This document shows positions 57,858 through 64,000 of a DNA stretch of 64,000 nt, one piece after another; position 1 is the stretch's first letter, and every line of letters starts with the position of its first letter. Below the pieces are notes generated by a model. That model was not told the origin of the DNA. It searched no databases and saw nothing but the letters and a program-made list of their open reading frames with translations. The translations under genes and the position numbers were made by a program. This DNA is from the human T2T-CHM13v2.0 reference genome, Homo sapiens, in NCBI RefSeq assembly GCF_009914755.1, contig NC_060930.1. One strand, written 5' to 3'.

Positions 57858-60564
57858 TGTCTTAGTCTGTTTTCTGTTACTTACAACAGATGACCTGAAA
57901 CTGGATGATTTATTCAAAAGTGGAATTTATTTCTGACAGCTCTGAAGGCTGAGAAGCTCAAAGTTGAGGGGCTGCATCTGGTGAGGGCCTTCTTCCTGGT
58001 GGGAACTGTGCAGAATCCTGAGGTGACAGGGCATCACATGATGTGCTGGCTCAGTTCTCTTTCCCCTGCTTAGAAAGCCACCAGTCCCACTTTTGTGACA
58101 TCCCATTAATCAATCAACCCATGAATCCTTGCGCGGGTTAATCTATTAATGAGGGCAGAGCCCTCATGACCCAATCACCCCTTAGAGAGCCCCCACCTTT
58201 TAATACTGCCACATTGAGGATTGAGTTTTAGAGGGGAATGCTACCATTCCACCCCTGATCCCCCAAAACTCATTTCCTTCTCACATTCATTCTACTCCCA
58301 TAGTTCCAAAGTCTGAACTAATTCCAGCACAAAATTCCAGTTCAAAGTCCAGAGCCTCACTTGTGAGCCTGTGAAACCAAAACAAGCTCTCTTCTTCCAA
58401 GATACAGTGGTGGTACAGGCATTAGACAGACATTCCTATTTCAAAAGAGAGAAATAGGCAAAAAGAGAGGAGTAATAGGCCCCAAGCAAGCCCAAGACCC
58501 AGTAAAGAAGACGTCAAATCTTAAAGCTGGAGAATAGTCTCTTTTGACTCCATGTGCCACCTGCTGTACACACTGGGGCAGAGGTTGGGGCCCTAAGGCT
58601 TCAGGCAGCTGCCCCCACCCCCTGGCTTTGCTGGGTGCAGTCCCTGTGGCAAAGCGCCTGAAGCTTTGCCATGCAGGTGCTGCATGCTGCTGGGGACTCC
58701 ACTGCCCTGGGGTCCTGGTGGTGGTCCCGCTCCCATGGCTCCACTAGCAGCCCTGGTGGGGACTCCCTGTAGCAGCTCTGACTCCACATTTCTGCTAGCA
58801 TTACTCTAGTGAGGGCTCTCTGCAGTGATGCCATCCCTGAACATGTCTCTACCTGGCTTCTAGGCTTTCAGCCACATCCTCTGAAATCTAGGTAGAGGGT
58901 GCCAATCCTCCGCAGCTATTGCTTTCTGCAAGCCTGCAGAATTAGCATCATGAGACACCATCAAGGCTACAGCTTGTATCTTCTTGAGCAGCGGGTTGAT
59001 CCACACCTGGGACTACTTGAGCCACAGCTGGGGCAGCTGAGAAGCACCTCACCAGAATCTGGTTAGCAGGGTCCTGAGGTGGCCCTGGGGAGGGAGTCTG
59101 TGGAAGGTGTCTTGGGCTCATCCCTGCCCTCATAGGCCTCTGGGCCTGTAACAGCGGGGAAGCCTCAAAGGTCTTTAAAATGGCTTTGCGGTCTTTCTTT
59201 CACTGTTTTGAGGAGAAGCACCTGGCTTCCTTCTAGCTGTGCTAATCTCTTTGGCAAGAGGTCGCCGTGCTACATCCTTGATTTCCTCTTCTAAACATGC
59301 TTTTTCACTTTTTTTGAGGAAGGGTCTCACTCTGTTGCTCAGGAATGCAGTGGTGTGATCATGGCTCACTGCAGCCCCCTAGGCTCTGGTGATCCTACCA
59401 CCTCAGCCTCCTGAGTAGCTGGGACTACCAGTAGCTGTGCACCACCACACCCAGCTATTTTTTTTATTTTTTGTAGAGGTGGGGTTTTGCCATGTTGTGC
59501 ATTCTGGTCTCAAACTCCTGGACTCAAGTGATCTGCCTGCCTCAGCCTGCCAAAGTGCTGGGATTACAGGCGTGAACCACTGTGCCCAGCCATTTTTCAC
59601 TCTTTATATGGCCAGGCTGAGAATTTTCCAAATCTTTCTGCTTTGCTTTTCTTTTGGTTATAAATTCTGTCTCCAAGTCATTTTTTTCCCTCTCACAGCT
59701 TAATGTTAGCAATTAAAAGTGGCCATGTAGCAGCCTGAATGATTTTCTGCTTGGATACTTCTTCCACAGATACCCTAGTTCATCACTTTCAAGTTTGCTC
59801 TTCCACAAAGCCCTCAGACATGGACACAGTTCAACCAAGTTGGTTTTTTTTTTTTCTAATTTATAAAAAGGATAGCCTTTACTCTAGGTTCCAAGAGAGT
59901 TCCATTTGAGACCTTGTCAGAATGGCCTTCATTGTCCAAATTTCTGTCAGTATTCTGGTCATGATCACTTAAACAATCTCTAGTGAGTTCCAAACTTTCC
60001 TTAGTCGTCTTGTCGTCTAAGCCTTTACCAGAATGAATTGAAGGCTTTTTCTGGCCTTGGCCTGCTCCTCCAAATGCTTCTGGCCTCTGCCCTTACTTTC
60101 ACGTTTTCAGGTATTCATTATTAGCAACAGCCCCACTTCTGATACCAATTTTCTTAGTCCATTTTCTATTGCTTATAACAGAATACCTGAAACTGGATAA
60201 TTTATAAAGAAAAGAAGTTTATATATATTGATGATAATTGCTTTCCAGAAAGATCGTGAGGGCCTTCTTGCTGGTGGGGACCCTTTGCAGGGTCCCAAGG
60301 TGGTGCAGGGCATCACATGGCAAGCGGTCTGAGTGTGCTAGTTCAGGTCTCTCTTGCTGTTCTTATGAAGCCACCAGTGCCACTCCTGTGATAACCCATT
60401 AATCACTTAACTCATTAATCCATTGATCCATGTGTGGATGAACCCATACATGAGGGCAGAGCTCTCATGACCCACCACCTCTTAAAGGTCCTGCCTCTCA
60501 AAACTGCCACACTGGGGATTAAGTTTCCACATGAGTTGAGGGAACAAACATTCAAACCATAGCG
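57858..60564 (-). mobile_element. MST-type MaLR provirus (LTR about 57858-58230, internal region, LTR about 60150-60564) with Alu 59309-59591
   Basis: Two similar LTRs ('tcttagtc..ttttct..tgctta.aacaga...gagggcagagc.ctcatgaccca') flank MaLR-internal text; near-TSD catga/catgg. Confidence 0.8.
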
Positions 60565-61499
60565 CATGGGAAAGGCATAAGAGTCAGGTTAACACAAAAA
60601 TATTACTAGCTGTATGAAAAAAGCAAACTAAATTGTTGGTCATTTGGGCAACCATTGTTTGTAAACAAAAATGCAACTTATGAGATGAATGATAAACCTG
60701 GGTATCTGCAAATCAAGGAGTTAGAAAAATATGGAAAACTACTAGATGAATTGAGCTTAATATAAGAGTTCCTATGACCCCTGGTCTGTTTAGCAATGCC
60801 TTCTTAGAGCTATGTCAGTCACTGGCCTCTTAGTACTCATGGCTGAAACAGTATGAGATGCTGATGGAACAGAAAATGAGGCACCTTTTGAATTTAGGGG
60901 GTAAACTGAGAATTTAGGTTCAACTTGACTAGGACTCGTTCTCTGCAGATTGGTCTTCCAGAGATGGAGCTGGCCTCCCATGGAATAGGACCACTGGGTT
61001 CTGAAATATGCACCACAGATACTAGCTAGAATTGAGTACCTAAGGCAGTGAGGTTAATCATGATAGAATGCTGAGTGGCAGATCAGAGTTGGAAACTACT
61101 GATCTACCAGGTTACATAGTTAAAATTATAAGACTTGGCTCCTAGACTCTGACCATGCCACGGGAAGGCCTGGTACTTCCCCTGTCATGTAGCTGATCAC
61201 GTTTATGTAAGAATACAAGGCTGAAGTCCTTTTCCTGGAGTCTAATATCCAGCTCTTCTCAGTCAACGTGAGCCACCCAACTGTGGGGGGGCAATGGGAA
61301 ACTGCACTTGCAATTGTTCTTGTCTTGGTAAGTTTAGGCCTGGTGTGTGCTGCAAGGACACTGGAGCCCTGAGAAAGGCTTCTTAAAGTGGGGACTCCTA
61401 AGCTGAGTACTTAAGGACGAGAAATTTGCTAGGTAGGCAAATGGTTTGTGTGTGTTGTGGAGGTGGAGGGGATGGGAACAGCAGGTGGGTATATCAGAT

Positions 61500-62067
61500 A
61501 TCATTTGGTTCTTTCATTAATCATTTCTCTCTTGAGAAATGATTTCTTTCTTTAATCACCTCTCTCTTGAGAATTCATATTTTTCAACTCATTGAAAGCA
61601 TATTTTGTTTTACTTCATTGAGGAGAGTTCTAATAGCTGTTTAAAAATCATTGGCTGCTAATTCCAGTATCTGGCACATCTTGGCATCGGACTCAGTTGA
61701 TTTTGAGAATATGTTTCATTTTCTTGGTTCTTTATATGATAGGTAGTTTTTCTTATTGTATACTGGACCTTATCAATATTAAGTTGTAGAAATTCTGGAT
61801 TCAGTTAATTTTCTCTCATGATTATGATTTCTTTTGTTTAAGTAGGCAATCATCTGTGTTTGAGTTGCAATCTCTATTTTTTGGGGTGGCAGCTTCAGTC
61901 TCAGTTCAGATATTTTTTCTCTAGATGAGCTGCTTTGAATTTGGTCCATACATACGTGGTTCAAGGGTCACTCGGAAATGTGGGCAGACATGTTTGCTGA
62001 AACCTTCTCTTGCTCTTTTGCTTCCAAGATTCTTCCACTTTTTTCAGTGTCCATGATTCCCTAGCTC

Positions 62068-62103
<36 letters not shown>

Positions 62104-62900
62104 CCCTGGTCAAAAAGACTGCTGTTTTCAATTAGTGTCTCCTCCAAGACCACACACTCCAAGTAGACTATATTTAGCCCCAGAACAGAAGCCATAAAAA
62201 CAGAGAATTTGTACAGCTCCCATCCTCTTTTTCTCTGAGCTTGTCTCCTCCACCCGATTTCGTCTGCTCTGTCCACTCTCCAATTCACTGATGTAGTTGC
62301 TTTGGTATTATGTCCAGTGTTTATAGATATTTTCTGTTGGGACTCCTCCAGTTGGGTCTTGTTCTGTCATTACTGGAGGTGAGGTGAAAATTCCTACTAT
62401 TTATCTTTTAGCATAAAAGATGTGTTATTAAAGAAGGTAAAATCCAACTTACTCAGATTCCACTGACATTGATGGGAGTGTAAAAAGTTGGTACAATCTT
62501 TCTTTTATCATCAATATATATCAAGAGCCTAAAAATGTTCATTATTTGACCTAGTAATCTCACTTGTAGGAATCTGCCAAGGAAAGATTTAAAGACACAT
62601 TTATGATTGAAAATGTTGTTTATAATTTTAGAAGAGTAAAAAATTAGGAAAGCTTCAATGACCAGCAGTAGGACATCATTAAATCAATAATTGCACTTTA
62701 GGTACTATCTGTAAGGAATACTGAATAATATGAAAAACACAAAATATATTTAATGATAAAAACAGAAAATAAAATTATATTCATCATCCCAATTTTATGG
62801 AATTACAAACATATACATAAAAAGACTGAAAGGCAATGTTATAAGTGATAATTCTTACTCAATTTTGGTGGTGAAATTAGGAGAGATCTTTTTTCTTTTT
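61500..62900. mobile_element. Ancient L1M remnants
   Basis: Degraded L1 text on both strands; polyT at 62069-62097. Confidence 0.55.
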
Positions 62901-62904
62901 CATA

Positions 62905-63488
62905 ATTTATCTCCTTCCTCTCTTCCTCCCTCCCTCCTCTCTCTTTCCTTCCTTCCTTCTCCTTCCTTCCTTTCTTTCTTTCAGATAGGGTTTCACAGTC
63001 TTCCTTCCTTCCTCCCTCCCTCCCTCCCCCCTCCTTCCCCCTTCCCTTCCCTCCCCCTTCTTCCCCCTTCCCTTCCCCTCCCCTCCCCTCCTCTCCCTTC
63101 CCTTCCCTTCCCTTCCCAGTCTCTTTCTCTTTCCCTCTTTCTTTCTTTCTCCTTCCCTCCCTCCCTCCCTTCTTTCTTTTCTTTCTTTCTTTTTCCCCTT
63201 TTCTTTTTTCTTTTCTTTCTTTTGATAGGTTTCACAATGTTGCCTAGGCTGCAGGGCAATGGTGCAATCATGGCTCAACAACTCACTGCAGCCTTGACTT
63301 CCCAGGCTCAAGCAATCTTCCCACTTCAGCCTCCCAAGCAGGTGGGACTACAGGCATGTGCCACCAAGCCAGGCTAATTTACAAAATTCTTTTGTAGAGA
63401 CAGGGTCTCACTCTGTTGTCCAGGCTGGTCTCAAACTCTTGGGCTCAAGCAATCCTCTTGCCTTGGCCTCCCAAAGTGCTGGAATTAT
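62905..63488 (-). repeat. Polypyrimidine tract and AluJ
   Basis: (CCTT/CCCT)n followed by Alu consensus. Confidence 0.9.
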
Positions 63489-64000
63489 GCCATAATTTCT
63501 AGTAACTTCCAAATAGCCTCAATAAAATAAAATGGAATAAATAACAATGAAAACAATTTTTAACAGCCATAGATCCCAAAAGTGATATACTAGAAAGTAA
63601 ATTTTCTACCCCTCCTCTTACCCCTGATAAAAATAACTTTTCCTAGTTATCAGGAATCATTAATATATGTACCCTATTCAAACAATGAGGGAGGTATGGA
63701 CAAATGTTCCAAGACTTTTGGGTTCCACAGACCAATAACTTTTCAAAAACAATTTTAAGAATGGACAATTAGGGGAAAAAATTCTGAACAACTACTCTTT
63801 ATTATCTTTAATTTCTCACACCACCCTCTCCTCTAATATAATCTCAGAATAAAGGACAGTTCTTTAATTGGGAAAAACTTATAGTATTGTCTTTATTTTT
63901 CAGTTTTTGCCATGGATTGATAGTTTTTGTGGACTGAATCAAATCTAAGGATCAATGGGATTAGATGGATTCTCAAGTCTTTTTCTGTATTGTGATTGTA

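Overview
Primate (probably human) genomic DNA, very Alu-rich (about 45 Alus) with L1, MaLR/ERV1 LTRs and Tigger/MER DNA transposons. I see no intact protein-coding gene, and almost all ORF-track entries are repeat-derived. Clear features are a processed YKT6 pseudogene (20404-21717, minus), a U6 retrocopy split by an LTR, and a Tigger3-like element (about 24957-28717) carrying nested insertions, including what looks like an L1 3' transduction. The most interesting signal is absent from the ORF track: a decayed, intron-containing immune-receptor cluster in the unique DNA at 44-48 kb. It contains (A) a leader / germline-joined VJ-type Ig exon / TCR-alpha/delta-like transmembrane exon gene (44171-45008) and (B) a CD3zeta (CD247)/FcRgamma (FCER1G)-like adaptor gene with a zeta-type TM exon and a two-ITAM tail exon (47350-48128). 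Weaker Ig-domain fossils lie on the minus strand at 32.8-36.7 kb. All protein similarities were judged by eye from manual translation across stops and frameshifts and need alignment to confirm. Repeat boundaries and subfamily calls are approximate.
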